From positions 1 to 33,454 of the forward strand of contig PRDT01000015.1 in NCBI GenBank assembly GCA_003173995.1: a stretch of 33,454 bases of DNA. Direction: 5' to 3'. This document shows, piece after piece, positions 33,040 to 33,454 of this stretch (position 1 is its first letter; each line of letters begins with the position of its first letter). The notes below the pieces were generated by a model that made no database searches, was not told where the DNA came from, and saw nothing but the letters and a program-made list of their open reading frames with translations. This DNA is from Candidatus Levyibacteriota bacterium (GTDB lineage: Bacteria > Patescibacteriota > Microgenomatia > Levybacterales > UBA12049). Position numbers and translations under genes: made by a program.

Positions 33040-33454
33040 ATGGATAAAAAGCCGTTAGTATTCACGCAGAAAGTTATGAGATATTTTTCATTTGTTGTTA
33101 TTCTCTTGTTTCTTTTTCTCAGCCAGTCAAGACCTCTTTTTGCCCAAGCTGCAAATACCAATACTTCTAATGTACAAGGAGCAGCCACTATGGGCGTTGC
33201 GACAATGGTCGAAGTTGATAGTAAGGATGTTAAAGATGGCAATGTCCTCTCTTCATCCAAAAAAGGAGCTATTCTTTCTACTACTCCTTATGATTCACAA
33301 GTATTAGGTATTGTCTCAAGAGATGCTGCTATTGTCTTTAGTACGCAAGCAAGTGAAAATGCAGTACCAGTTATTTCTGAGGGTATTGTCTATGTACTGG
33401 TCTCAAGCCAACAAGGAGCCATAAAAAAAGATGATCTTCTCGCTACTTCTACTA
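33040..33454 (+). CDS. Secreted hypothetical protein, N-terminal fragment (runs off the window)
   Basis: It is absent from the ORF track because no stop codon is reached. ATG 33040 (or ATG 33076) opens a frame that stays open to the window end. The signal-peptide-like segment is MRYFSFVVILLFLFLSQSRPLFAQA, followed by ...VEVDSKDVKDGNVLSSSKKGAILSTTPYDSQVLGIVSRD... Confidence 0.55.
   Translation, partial: MDKKPLVFTQKVMRYFSFVVILLFLFLSQSRPLFAQAANTNTSNVQGAATMGVATMVEVDSKDVKDGNVLSSSKKGAILSTTPYDSQVLGIVSRDAAIVFSTQASENAVPVISEGIVYVLVSSQQGAIKKDDLLATST

Noticed and set aside
33036-33307. ORFs 33036..33260 (-) and 33092..33307 (+) at the right edge.
   Set aside because: A third frame (ATG 33040, open to the window end) encodes a convincing signal peptide and a non-repetitive secreted protein. 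The two listed ORFs overlap it and look like frame artefacts.
1-33454. A search for CRISPR arrays, tRNA/rRNA genes, transposases, integrases, and toxin-antitoxin or restriction-type defence genes.
   Set aside because: Only one non-coding gap exceeds about 100 bp (14166-14601), and it has no tRNA-like or repeat-spacer structure. No ORF shows recombinase, nuclease or methyltransferase motifs that I could recognise.

Overview
All product calls come from reading motifs in the supplied translations; no database search was run. The window is a densely packed, AT-rich chromosomal segment that uses the standard genetic code. About 39 protein-coding genes lie on both strands. I recognised no rRNA, tRNA, CRISPR array, transposase or integrase. 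The gene content includes FTLIELLVV-type pilins, GT-C membrane glycosyltransferases, tandem GH130 enzymes and very few metabolic genes. Together with near-zero intergenic spacing, this most resembles a Candidate Phyla Radiation/Patescibacteria genome, but that placement is inference.

Modules from left to right:
- 1-2080: the tail of a ZIP metal transporter, then a CheY-like receiver and a cytoplasmic GAF histidine kinase that converge.
- 2095-7206: a GT-C glycosyltransferase, an 8-TM protein with a 92-aa partner, a stand-alone DUF2156 (MprF C-domain-like) protein, and a translationally coupled speD-like pyruvoyl decarboxylase plus EamA transporter.
- 7310-17152: a type IV filament locus. It holds pilB, pilC, four minor pilins (one a 639-aa beta-propeller protein) and a PilM-half-like membrane protein. 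A 436-bp AT-rich spacer follows, then the major pilin, a small TM protein and a second GT-C-like enzyme.
- 17155-20508: msrA, a VOC protein, a DipZ-like CcdA-thioredoxin gene split by a frameshift in a G6 run, and an HdeD-like protein.
- 20509-28001: a nine-gene minus-strand envelope cluster. It encodes an OmpR-type regulator, a histidine kinase, a MacAB-like adaptor/ATPase/permease set, a class-A beta-lactamase-fold hydrolase, a small secreted protein, a cupredoxin and a membrane protein.
- 28103-33454: DUF1003, DUF1697, two adjacent genes that together encode four GH130-like domains, and the start of a secreted protein.

The best candidates for something undescribed are the propeller-bearing pilin with its pilA-adjacent GT-C enzyme, the nine-gene envelope cluster, and the tandem GH130 array.
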